Shown piece after piece: positions 1-12,585 of a stretch of DNA of 64,000 nt (the first letter of the stretch is position 1; each line of letters opens with the position of its first letter). Below the pieces are notes generated by a model. The model had not been told where the DNA came from, did not search any database, and saw only the letters and a list, made by a program, of their open reading frames with translations. Source of the stretch: Chrysomallon squamiferum (taxonomy: Eukaryota; Animalia; Mollusca); contig CM022673.1 in assembly GCA_012295275.1 (NCBI GenBank), positions 4,526,001 through 4,590,000 on the forward strand, given 5' to 3'. The position numbers were made by a program, and so were the translations under genes.

Positions 1-2832
1 CCAGTCAATAACTAATTTAAATGACGTCTCACAGTTACAATGTGCTCGCTTTCACTGTGAGCTGGAAATTGTGCACAATCAGTTTTTGTCAATATCTGAG
101 TCCTCCTAATGAAATACAGCATCTGATATTGGACAGCAATCTGACTGATAACCCCAGCTTATTAATGGATTGCTGGATTTATCATTGATTACCAAGGTTT
201 ATTAATGGATTAGTGGCTTTTCATGCATTACTTCGGGGATCACTGGTTGAGCTGTTATGTAAAATGGATTTATTTTTCCGAATCTCGCACAATGTCAGAA
301 CATGCAGCTGTCGTACAAAATTAAAATGGATTCTTCTGTTATAAGTTCATCAGTAGCATGATTTCAGCTTAATGAGAAAAGTTCACTATAACAGATTAGA
401 CACATTCATATATATGAACACAAACACAATATATATAGATATATATATGCTAGAATAATACACACACACACACACATGCGCACATGCATGCAAATATACA
501 CATACTGGAATAAAATATATTATTTACATAGACAGGTGAATTCAACAGTCCAAATTAATTAGTAAAAATTTTTTTAATAAACAGAAAGATTCTAGCTTAA
601 AAGTTTCATTTTCATGAAATAAATATATATTGGTCAATTTACAAAAGTACATAGATTAAAAAAGCTCATTTTGAGTAAAACTTTTTCTAAAACACCTGTA
701 TGCATTTATATACAGTAGTAAAATACATGCTGAAGCTACATTACAATACAATATAGTAATACCACAAAGATTAACTGTAATAGCTGCAGAGTATTATTTA
801 AAACAGTATATATATGTCTGCATGCATGTGTGTGTGTGTGTGTGTGTGTGTATTTTTTATTTTTAAAGCAAATTATAAAACATTGTTTTAATTATTTAAC
901 TCAGTTTAGAATGAATTTTCTTACTTTGTATAATTTTGTTTTAGCTACATAATTCATCTGAAACTAAAGTTTTGTATTTTGATTACACCTTTCAAAGGCT
1001 GTCTGTCAAATTGGAGTTGTTTCCCTTACATCATAGCAGTGTTGAATTTAATTTTTTTAAATTAAACACAAAAACAAAATTTCTGAATTTGTAAATAAAT
1101 ATAAGATGTTTATGTGAAATATTGTTTTAATGGGGATGAATTCAGTATAGATTCCATTATATCTGTTTCTTTCCATTTATGTAATATTTTAAGGAACATA
1201 TCCTGTTGAGTATTTTACATTACTAAAGATGGAAGTTACTTGGTTGAAAAACAAAATTTGTGTGATCTTTGTTGATCCAAATCTATTAATAGTAATAATG
1301 TGACTATTATTACTTTCACAATTTTTTATGGTACCTGTGTTGTTTTACCATTACTATTACTTCTTATATTACTACTACTACTACAACTATTAAAGCTATT
1401 GCTACTTCTGCTTCATTAATATTTTTTTTAAATGTTTTACAAAAATCCCCAAAATAATTTGAAAAACCAATAAAAAAGACCTAATTTATCTTCTACATTT
1501 ATTAACAAAAAACCTTTATTATTATTATTTTTTAAATTTCAGATATTTAAAAATAAAATTAACTAAAGTTTTCAATATTTACAAACTAATATATATTAAT
1601 AATTCCTTCACCCCAATTTTTTTTTCTTTTTTTCTCGCTCTCTCCTCTTCTTCTTCTTCTTCTTTTTTTTCTTTCTCATTTTTACAAAATCTTATCTCTA
1701 TCAGCGGAGTTAATGTATCACTAATGACATTGTAATTTGGTTCATTTCTTCGACGTCGTTTCACAAAAGAATGACCCGTACTTTGCTCCGAGTTGCATTA
1801 TAGATTTGATAATGCAGAAAAAATTCACCAGTGAGTACATTGGGATGTTGTTTCCACTCCAGCGAACCTCAACAGTGCTGTGACCAACACTTCATCTTAG
1901 TTCTTTTAAAACACGTTACTTGCATCACCAGTCTCTTATCTTCTTATTCTGGTTCGAAGGTTTTCCTTAATTTGGCCAATGCTTCAAGTCTCCTTGATGC
2001 TGCATGGAACAAAAGATAGTCTCAGGGTTTTATACAAATGTATAATGCATGTGTATAATATAATAGAGATATTAATCATCTACCTATATAATTATATACT
2101 TTATGTATATGCACATGTATTTTATATATATATATATTTTTTTTTTCTTCAAAAAACCAAACAGAAAAAAATTAAATTTAAAAATAATACTGAAAATGCA
2201 AGTAATAGATTTTTTTTTTTTTTAAATATTTATTGATTTAAACAATATTTTATTAAAAGTAAATGAATAAATAAATAAATGAATAAATTCTACTTCTCCA
2301 CAAAAAAATTCATTTATGGTGAGCTGGTTTCTATGTTCTACAAAAAAAAAAAGGAATCGTGTAACAATAATTGATTTTTAATACTCCATGACTGTTTTTT
2401 TTTTTTTTTTCAAAGCTTTTGACTTTCCGGATGTGTTATCTGAGATAAAGATGTATTGGAATAATACCATCTTCTCTAGTTTCAGTGGCTCCTTGCCTCC
2501 AGAAAATTCCAACACAAGAATACTAGAAAACCGCTCACCTCAAAAATAAATTGAGCAGTAATTAGTGAAGGAGAATCTAACTCAGATGGTCTGTTGCTAT
2601 GAGGCTGTAATTTCCTTCCTCCAGGAAGTGGAGAGTTTTGCTAAAATTGTGCACTGCTTCTTGAAAGAGGAGGCATAAAAAAAATTAAAAAAATAAAGAT
2701 GCAGTTTTAAAAAAAAAATTATAAAAATAAAATGCAGGTTTTCAAAATGGCTGCCACAACCATGGAAATTTTTCCATTTGATCCTTTTTTCATAACTGTT
2801 TCTAAATCAATTAATGTATGTGTTGGAATGTA

Positions 2833-2874
<42 letters not shown>

Positions 2875-5800
2875 TTATTTTATTTTTTAAATCATAAATG
2901 ATATTCAGAAGAGTAAATAAATGAAATAAAATGTAAAAACAAATCAAAGAAACATATTTAAAGTTGCATTTTCAGTAAACTTTTGTAAAACCTGTTTTAC
3001 TGTTATAGTTTATTGTAAAGTTCTTCATCAAGTTTCAAGCATTCTGTACACTCAGAGGATGAAATACTTGTGCTAAGGGATCTTAGTTCAAATCCTCTTG
3101 GTAGTTACTGATTAAAGTTTATACAAGTATATAAAAATTAATACTGAATGTATTTAAAATACATGACTGTCATAAACTTGTTACTTTAAACTGATAATTT
3201 TTATTTAGCAGTGTGACTGATGGAGAGTTACAGAGAAAGTAATTCAAATGCTGTACTAAAGGTATATAATTCTCGATTAGACTGTTGCTTCACCAAAATC
3301 TTCATTAAAAATACCACACTTGAATCTTATCTCTATTTCTGTCCTAAAATAAAATTTTCTTCTCTTTTTTTCTTCAAATTATAAATTCTCTTTGGTTTAA
3401 ACCTTCTTAAAATGTTACCATAATAGAAAAAAGATACTGAAATAAAAATAATTAAACCTTTTTTAAAAAAAAAAAAAAGAGGAAAAAAAATCACTGCAGA
3501 AAAATCACTATAAAAGGAAAAAAAGAAGAAAGATTCTACCACCAAATTTAAATTTTTTTATATATATACAAAAAAAAATTAATAAAAATAAAAATAAAAA
3601 TAAACCTTCATGTTATAGCTGTTGGAAATGTGCAAGCCGATGTAGTTGTAGCTGTGGAAGGTAATTTAGAGTAGAGTTACTGCCTGCGTGGCACACTCAG
3701 CTATTTGCAACATCATTAAACGTGAGAAGATGCTGGTGCTAATTGGACGTGAAAGTTTAACATTGATTCCATGCATTATCACAGTCCTGATGTATTTGCG
3801 ATGGTGTGCCCGCAGTCATCACACTTGATAATCAAGGGACGCTACCCACCGCGAGCCACACCGGCTGACTCTACACGAGGCAATTACAGCCTCTCCTCCA
3901 CATTTCACTTGTACTGCTATCATCTCCGTTGTGAGGCTACACGATTAATAACACACCAGCAAATTTATTTTTTTAAATTTTTCTTAGACGTGTGTGTGTG
4001 TGTGTGTGTGCATGTGTGTGTGTATGCATGCATGTATGTGTGTGTGCGTGTGTGTGTGTATGTAATTACATATCAGAAAAAATATAAGAAGATGTGAAGA
4101 TGGAAAGAAAGGTAAAATTTGATTGGCAGAGAGAGATTTATTGATTGATAACTTTATTGACTTATACTACAATAGATAGATAGATACATATATATATATT
4201 CATACAGGTATCTATATATATTCACACATTCATACACATACATAATTACATAAATGAATACATACATACATACATACATACATAAAAGTACTCTTGACAT
4301 CCTAGTGGTATAGTTGTAAGTCTGTGTAATGTAGGCAAATCAGTGTAATACATCTGAATCTCGTCAACAGCATCTAACATTTACTTTCTCAAATACTGTC
4401 TGTGTTCAGAACCTAATCAGACTTACATGAGACAACAGAATATACATTCCTAAATACATGCATGGATAGATGGATGAGTCCTAGTACACAGATAGGTAGT
4501 TATTAGTGGATTAGTGGACAGACGGTCAGACAGATTTATAGATGGAGATAACAGTAACAACACCTACTACACCAGTAATAATTGTAAATGAAAGAAGGAG
4601 ATACATTCAGAACTAATAGAGTTTTCTTCCATTTTGCCTTTTCTTAAAGTACATTAAACAAAATGGCATAGAAACAATATACTAAATAGAGAGAAGTTAG
4701 AGAGAGGGACTGAAAGATAGATTTGTTAAAACAGTATCTGTTTTTGATAAAGATGAAACTGTTTAAATAATAAATTTGTTGAAATACATGTCAGAAGTAA
4801 ACTAAAGTTGAAAACATTTTTATTTTGAATTTGAGAAACAGATTACAAAAAAACAAAACAAAAAAAATATAATAAAAAATAAATAAAATATTATTACCTG
4901 GCTTTTAAAGAATTTTAATTTTTTTTTTCTATAATACTAATCATTATCTGACTTTTATATTAAATAACAACAGTTTTCTCCTTTAATTACCTCTCATTGA
5001 AAATGACATGTCTAATTTCTTCATCTATCACATCTTAAGATGCTGTTGCTTTTTCAAGGGAGATAATTGCTGTACAGGAAATTATTACTTTTTTTTTTTT
5101 CCTCCAAGGAAACGGGAGAACCTGAGAGAAAATTGCTTCTGACTTTAAAAGAAGGCAACATTTCCTGAATCAGTGGTTCTTAAAACCCAGTGATTTCCTT
5201 TGTGGACTTTCTGTAAACCTCCTATGTTTCCTGGCATTGCCGTACTTCTGTATGTCTGTCATTGCATGATGTCAGTTCTGGTGCTTTTGTTGTCATACCT
5301 TAAGGCATGTCATTGTTCATCAAGACAACTTAGTTCTTCACAAAATCGTTTTGTGTGAGATTATTTCTGGAAACCTAATTGGTTTCTCCATTATTATTAC
5401 TGCCTTCATTTTCTGTTTGTTTCTTCTTCTTCTATTTTGTTCTTCTCCTTCGTTTTTTTTTTGTCAGTGTATGTTTTTATGAAGTTTCTTTTTAGTTTAA
5501 AAAAATCCAAAGTCTTTCAGTAAAGTTTTCTTAAAGTTTTCTTACTCATCCTGTTTGATCTCATTCTTCTTCATTTTAAAAAATTATGGTGTTTTTTGCT
5601 GTTTTTTGTTACTATTGTTCTTGTTTTTATTATGGTGATATTATAAGAATTGTTATTATTGTTGTTGTTACAGTTTTATTAAAAAAAATATTGTTATTGA
5701 AGGAATAATGTAATCATGTCTTCTAAATTTAATTTTTTTTGTGAGAATCATACGTACACTTACTTTCTGTGTCTTTTTCTCTTCTCACTCACTGTTTCTC

Positions 5801-6808
5801 TTTTATTATATATTTTTTTGTCTAAATCACTGACAAACATAGATACACTTGATATACACACATACACACACACACATAAACACAAACACATGCACACATA
5901 CACACACAAACACACTAGCACACACACACACAAACAACAAAACTCAAACAATTTAAAAACAAAGTAATTGAGTGCCTATAAAAAGCAAGACATTCAGACA
6001 TACAGCAAATATGAAAATGTAATATTTATAATAATATTTTTATATTAAAGTTTATCAGTGGAAAATGTCACATTATACCTGCAAGGCACAGAATAATGTC
6101 ACTGGTACCATTAATAGCCAACAACAGTCATCATATGATTTCACAATATGGCATATTACAAAAATAACTTTAACAATGATATCTGTGGAGGTATGAAGGA
6201 AAAATAGCCTTAATACATTTTTGAAAATACCTCCAAGTAATAGGGATTTAAAAAAAAAAAAAAAAATTGTTTTTAAATATTTTTTAGATTGAAAATTTTG
6301 CTAATAATAAAATAATGAACTGATGGTGATAGGTGCCATTTTCCCTACATTCTCATGTACTTGAATACAGAATTACAAAAATGTACTTTATGAATAATCA
6401 GTAGTCAGGTAATAAATAATTACATGATTATATCTTACTCAACATCATCATCATCTGTATTATTATTACCACTACTACTAATGTTTCTTCTACTGATATT
6501 ACTACTACTACTACTACTACTGCCACTAATATTATAACACTGTTACTACAAAAACTGCCACAAATACTCCTATAACTACTGATACTGCTGCTGCTGCTAT
6601 TATTACTGCTACAACTACTACCACCATTACTACTAGTACTGTTATTATTATTATTATTCATATTGTTTCTGTTGTTGCTACTACTGGTATAATTCTGTTG
6701 ATACAAATGCTAGTATTGCTGATTTAAGCACTTTCAAAAGTTTTATTCCTATCATTGTCTTCATTATTATTATTTTTATCATTATATTTTTATTGCTTTT
6801 CTCTTCAG

Positions 6809-7792
6809 ATCAACTTTTTGGCAGTTGCAAAAACAAGGCAAACAATGGTAACGTGGCTGAAGACACTGAATACAGTTTCCAGCTCTCAGCCAATCAGCTG
6901 GAACAGCTGGAGGACCGAATCATGGTCCTCATTGAGAGAGGACTGACATGGAAGGATGCTTTCACCCAGTGCGTCCTCCAAAACACACTCATAGGATTCG
7001 CCTTTGAAAAATCCTTCGACCCAGATTTGTGTGAAGACGCCCTCCTGTCTTTATCGGACGACTACTCTGATGAAGTGAAAAATGAAATCTCCACAGTATT
7101 ACAGAAGCTCCTTTCCTACGACGGAGACTCTCGATATCCAAATCGGTTTTCAAAAGGAGGCATGGACAGTCTGGCTCTTGACCTTGATGGTCAACAGTCC
7201 AGCAAACGAGATGAGTTTGTCCAGATACACAAATACTTTGACCAGTCCAAAGGTCAACTGAAACGGGATCCTTTACTCAGTGATGCCAACTACCTCAACC
7301 TTTACGATTCTTTACCATACGAAAGTGACCGCAACGTGGCTGACTTCAACAACGTGGCTGACTACAACAACGTGGCTGATTACAACAACCTGGCTGATTA
7401 CAACAACGTGGCTGACTACAACAATGTGGCTGACTACAGCAACATGGCTGACTACAATAACATGGGTGACAGCAACATGGCTGATCTCAACAGAGGCAAC
7501 AACAACATGGTTGACCGCGAAATGGTTGATATGAACAGAGGTGATCTCAACACCGGTGACCAGAATAACATGGCAGATGGGAACTCTGAGTACGACAGTC
7601 GGATCAGGAACTACATTGATGCTATAGAGAGGCTTTCTTCTCTACAACAGTATGAGGATGAGCCAGCTCAGGATTCTGTGGGTAGGGGTGGAGACAAGGA
7701 CTACACAGTTCAGGACAAACCTCTAGAACAATCTGTTATAGATCTACTCAACTCCCAGCAACAAACTTCATCCGAGTCTAACAATGAAAAAG
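6809..7792 (+). CDS. PTPRN: IA-2/PTPRN exon (984 nt): RESP18-homology domain C-half plus acidic pro-region with NVADYN repeats
   Basis: Acceptor ttttctcttcag|AT and donor AAAG|gttagt, inside the 334-aa ORF. DQLFGSC...LSANQLEQLEDRIMVLIERGLTWKDAFTQCVLQ aligns with human IA-2 DGLFGQC...VTSPVLQRLQGVLRQLMSQGLSWHDDLTQYVIS. Confidence 0.93.
7333..7580 (+). repeat. Coding 18-bp tandem repeat AACGTGGCTGACTACAAC (NVADYN) x7, followed by degenerate NM(A/V/G)D units
   Basis: Units start at 7333, 7351, 7369, 7387, 7405, 7423 and 7441, then decay. Variation is largely synonymous or conservative. Confidence 0.95.
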
Positions 7793-8344
7793 GTTAGTTG
7801 AGTCTTCATTTCTCTCTCTCTTTCTCTTTCACACAAACACCCATCCACACACACACACAGACATACACACATACACACACACAGACACACTTTCTCTTTC
7901 TCACGCACATACATACATACATATCAACAGAATTATTATTATTAGTAGTAGTAATCTTAGAAACCTAATAATTTAATACTAATTACTATGTAAATAAATA
8001 TGTGTGTGTGTGTGTGTGTAATGTGTTTTACTGTTTTAAAGCAAACATATTTTTATCTTTCATCTTTTAAAGTTGTGTAGGTTGTAATATCAGAAATCAA
8101 AAGATAGATGACTGAAGTAATTATCAGTAACATAAAACTGAAATTGATTAGTGATAGGACATTACTTACTGGCCTCACCCATTTCAAATTAAGACTATTT
8201 TAGTCTTTTGCTATCTACAGTGTTCATTGCTCTCTATCTATATTGAAAAATGTTGAAATGGTAACAGCACTCATTTTAATTATATTATATTAAAACCAGT
8301 GTTTGTTAAGTTATTTTGATTTCACTGTTTACAAAAGGGTTAGA

Positions 8345-8665
8345 CTCTAAGAGTTAGAGTATAGGTCAGGTACTGCAGTGTGCTATAAGAATCAATCCTC
8401 CTTAGTTGACACACTGAGCCATTTCCCATTCTAAAATAGTGCCCACGTCTAGTTTTTCAAATGCTTTAATATGTAATATTCAATCTATGGGAAGGTGCTC
8501 ATAAATGGTCTCTTGCTGCTAACTGAAAGACAAAACAAAAATTATTTCATGGTACTGCAGCAGTGGGCATTATCTGTATTGGGCTTAATCATTCACAAGT
8601 CACCAAATAATGATAGGCTAATAATGTGTTGAATGACTTGTTAACTAAATTTTTTCTTCCTGCCT
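8345..8665 (+). mobile_element. Decayed tRNA-derived SINE-like element
   Basis: Core ctatgggaaggtgctcataaatggtctcttgctgctaa recurs at about 24325, 35641, 40350, 40505 and 59200. From memory it resembles the core of mollusc SINEs (ggtgcatataaaagatcccttgctgctaa). Confidence 0.55.
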
Positions 8666-8786
8666 CTTAATTTGATGTGCAGTCATGGCCACACCTTCTG
8701 ATCTTTTGTTAACTTTAAGACTGGTTTTGTCAGAAAAAAAAAAAAAAGATTTTAAAAAAACATGTCACTTCCCATGATTAACTCTG

Positions 8787-8805
8787 ATTGGGTTGTCATG
8801 GAAAC
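8787..8805. promoter_or_regulatory. Inverted CCAAT box abutting X-box-like GTTGTCATGGAAAC
   Basis: ctgATTGG is followed immediately by GTTGTCATGGAAAC (8792-8805). Confidence 0.4.
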
Positions 8806-9539
8806 ATAAAGTTACTGACACATTCACACCAAACTACTTTTCTTATTAGCCTAATCTTGTTAAAGGGAGCGAGGATTATCCTGTTCATTTAACATGCTTG
8901 AAGTAAAAGCTTTTTTGATTCCATGGATGCATGACAGCAGATTATATATTCTACTGATGGTCTTTCAGTACAGTCAGTATTCCTCAAACAGTTTGTTTGG
9001 TCCACTGTTTTCACTTTCCTGTCAGTTTTTGATATGAATATATACTCTTCAAAAGTAGAGTTCTTGCTGTAAAAAGGTTATTTGAGACTGTCACTTTGCC
9101 TGTATTGGTTGAAAACATAGGTCTTAAGATGATAAGTACTGAAAATCAATCCCATTTGTTCCATACCAGAACTAAGTATTGAGATATTAGTTGACCTCAT
9201 TTTGTTTACTCTTCTACAAATATTTTTAACAAAATAATCTCAACCAGTGATATTTAAATATTCACTTCAACCCAAAGTTATGTTGTGAGACTGGTAATAC
9301 ATTGACAGTAATCAGCAATATGGTGCTGGTATGTTAGGGCATGATGCCATACTGTCACTATGACTTCATTCCAGAACTAACTAGGATATTAAGGCCAAAA
9401 TATTTTTTCTTCTTCTTGGATAGTATCTTAATATAACTTACCATAACTGTTGCTTTCTAAAGCAAGATATATCTGATAAAATGCTTGCAATGTTCTGATC
9501 ATTATTTCTCAAAAACCTGTTCTCAATGGAGCACAGAAT

Positions 9540-10530
9540 GTATTTACCTATTCCCAGGAATCTAGTATGTAACACATTTAAATGTATTACTGGATCACTG
9601 ACATTAGCTGTCTAACACTAACAATTTTACAGTCTAATCTGTGTCCAGGTCTTACACGTTCCTCAAAGCAGTATTTGATGAGTATGTTGACTACTGAATT
9701 GTTACATTCAGTGGTCTGGTCCAAGGTTATTGTGATTCATAACACACTAACCTAACAACATCAACATCTAGAATAGATGCTCAGCACTTTACCATCTCTT
9801 GCTGTGGAAAGAACATTGAAACTGTTTGCCTGTTTCCAGAAATTTAAATAATGACACATTTAAACATGTTACTGAGTTATTGCTGCATGCTTCGACACTG
9901 GAAACAGACCTTATAGTAATTAAATCCTAACATACTATCATATTTGTGCTTCACAATTAATTACTGTGATTCACACTTTAAAACATTAGTCCATTCTCTG
10001 AAACTTAAGTCACAAATCATTTAAATTTATTAATGAACTTAGGAGTGCAATATCTGGGATAAAAAATCTAGTAGTATCAGGTAATATTCTAACATTAACA
10101 CACTGACATATTCATGTTTCACTTACAATGGCTTAAATTTCTTATTTGTTCTTTGAAACTTAAGTCACAAACCATTTAAATGTGTTACTGAACTGCTGGA
10201 GTGCAGTTTCTGGATTAAAAAAGCTAATAGCAGCTGATTAATATTTTCCATTCTCACATTTTTAACACACTGAGACACACACAATCTTCACTAGAGCACA
10301 CTTATCCATTCTTTGAAATTTAAGTCAAAACCGTTTAAATGTAGTCCTGTTACTGAACAGTTGGAGTTCAATGACTGGATCAAAAACAAAAGCTAACAGC
10401 ATCAGATTAATATTCTAACTCTCTAATACACCAACACACTAACACATTCCTGCTTTATTAGATCTGATCAACATACAGAAATTCTTATCCATTCCCTGAA
10501 ACTTAAGTTATCACCCATTTAAATGTCGTG
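9540..10530. repeat. Degenerate tandem array, period about 155-180 bp
   Basis: Motif ccattctttgaaacttaagtcacaaaccatttaaatgtgttactgaac…ggagtgca…ctggat recurs at about 9991, 10146, 10306 and 10489, with weaker copies at about 9550 and 9830. Confidence 0.8.
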
Positions 10531-10662
10531 ACCCATTTTGTTTAGGCTGGTGTCTGGATCCAAGCCTAATTGTAATTCAGTACAAATTTAATGGCTTCAG
10601 TATAACAAGACTCGATTCTGTTTCCTTCACCAGGCACAGAATTTAATTGTTAGACGAGATTC

Positions 10663-10765
10663 TAGTCTCATTAATGCAGTGATTGAGCCTCAGCTTTGAA
10701 ACTGATAGGTCCTGGGTTCACATCCTGAGTCCAGGCTCGAATTCAGAGTTAATTGGTTCAGTATG
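10663..10765 (+). mobile_element. tRNA-like SINE head remnant
   Basis: A-box-like atgcagtgattgag and B-box-like ggttcacatcc. A similar head lies on the minus strand at about 25495-25580 (ggatttgaactc on +). Confidence 0.4.
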
Positions 10766-11823
10766 AGACAGCGAATCTTTAAAAATCAGTGTCTGAGATT
10801 TTGAAGTAAATTTAAAAATTTAAACGTTTTGTTTTATAATATTTATATTTTCTGTTTTGTAAGATGTTTAGTGACATGTTATAATTATTTATAAATTATG
10901 AATAGTGCTGAATTTGATACAGACATTTAAAAAAAAAAATTATTTATAGTATTTTAGAAAATGTTTAAAATAATATTTACATTTTATAAGTATTCTTTGA
11001 AATTAATTATTATTATTTTCATTCTTATTAAATATGTAAAATAAGAAACTTTTTTTTTTTTAACCTAAATTTTGCAGATTGTAAAATATTTTATGATCAT
11101 AAATATTTAGTTTTTTTATGTTAGAAGAATATTTTATTATAATATTTTTACAAGACAATTTCAGAGTTTTTGCAATATTATTTTTAGTATCTTTAATAAA
11201 TATTGTCTAATTTTAAAAAAATTAATTTTTTTCCAAATTTTTGGCAGTGTTTTGTCACGTATTGTTATAAAATATTTTTTAATTTCTTTGTGAAATATTC
11301 CTTATATTTGTGTTATTTGTTACACTATAAAGAACAGCATGTAAAATAAAAAAAATTAAATATTCTCAAGTGTTTTTTTTAGGGGGGTTGCTATTGGTTA
11401 CAAATATTATTTCAAGTATTGTTATCAAATATTTATAATATTTTTATTAAATAGTCTTTCTCTGGTTTTTTTGTTTTGTTTTTTGGTGGGTTTTTTTCTT
11501 TTCTTTCTTTTTTTTTCACTTTCTTGTCATCTCAACCCACAAACTGTTTGATGTTTCACATCCAACCATTCATCACGTATAATATCAGCTGAAAAATGCT
11601 TGAAATTCACTTGTCATCACAGGGTAATTTAAAGAGGCAAAGGTCCCTCTGGGTACATCACTGTAAAGAGATCAAAATGGGATCGAAATGGACTGAGAGA
11701 AAGTGCTCTGAAAAGATATAGACAGAGGCATCTAATTGAAGTAAATTACTGTAGTTTTATCCATCTTTGCTTTCTCTGCAAATTACATTTTCATTTCACC
11801 TTGTTTCTCCTGACAAATTGCAG

Positions 11824-11907
11824 CCTATGCCGGCCAGCGAGACCAGCTCCATGACGATGCTGATGCAGCGCCACTGAATGACGATGGGCAGACAGAAATG
11901 ACATCAG
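11824..11907 (+). CDS. PTPRN: IA-2/PTPRN pro-region exon (84 nt), AYAGQRDQLHDDADAAPLNDDGQTEMTS
   Basis: Acceptor ttgtttctcctgacaaattgcag| and donor CAG|gtacga. It is phase 1-1, open, GC-richer than its flanks and acidic like neighbouring exons. There is no homology support. Confidence 0.7.
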
Positions 11908-12283
11908 GTACGACTGGGACATGTATTTTTTTTCTTCGGCACAGACGATGTCACTGCAACATTTCGTAAAGAACCACGTCTCAAAACGTTCTACTGCTAC
12001 GTGATGATGTCCCCGAATAAAGACAGTGGAGTGTGGAATGCATGATTAAATGAAAGAAGAAAGGAATTAATGGATGGATGGATGAATAAAATAAATAAAT
12101 AACTTGGGTCGTGTATGAAATGTGCCAAGAAGCATTGTATTTTAGTTCATTGTTTATCGTCATAAATGTTTTATATTCTAAAAAAAAATTTGTTTAAATA
12201 TCTTAAATATGTCCTCAATTTCAGTTAAGATTACAATTGTAGTTATTATATAATTATCATTGTAGTTTGTGTGTTTGTGTGTG

Positions 12284-12348
<65 letters not shown>

Positions 12349-12507
12349 AGTGTATTAACATGTCCATACCTGTTGCCAGTCATTATCACAGACACACATA
12401 TCCACAAACATGCACAAATTCTAATATAATTTACAGAGGAAGAAATCCAAATACAAATGATTACATGCCTGTGTTGGCCTGTGTAAAACATGTATTATAC
12501 ATTTTAG

Positions 12508-12585
12508 ATGAGCTGATTGAGTCTCCCAATGGCTACCTGTCTCTGTCACCTCCTGATGAAAAAACACTGGAAGATCTTTTACAAG
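12508..12585 (+). CDS. PTPRN: IA-2/PTPRN pro-region exon (78 nt), DELIESPNGYLSLSPPDEKTLEDLLQ
   Basis: Acceptor acattttag| and donor AAG|gtatgc. Phase 1-1 with an open frame. Confidence 0.8.

Noticed and set aside
22-29. CRE-like TGACGTCT as a promoter element
   Set aside because: It is an imperfect single site with no evidence of a transcription start, and the region appears intronic.
1700-2030. GC-richer block as the missing GCLF/signal-peptide exon
   Set aside because: I saw no frame giving the GC-L-F…C…C pattern with suitable splice sites.
7280-7534. Alternative-frame ORF (TTTWL repeats)
   Set aside because: It is a shadow frame of the 18-bp coding repeat.
7441-7580. Reflectin-like protein suggested by M/D/N/Y/R richness
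   Set aside because: There is no reflectin M/FD(X)5MD(X)5MD motif. The similarity is compositional only, and the segment is embedded in an IA-2 exon.
6793-7797. 334-aa ORF as a standalone single-exon gene
   Set aside because: The start is a TTG inside a polypyrimidine tract, and splice sites at 6808/6809 and 7792/7793 bound the homologous part. It is an internal exon.
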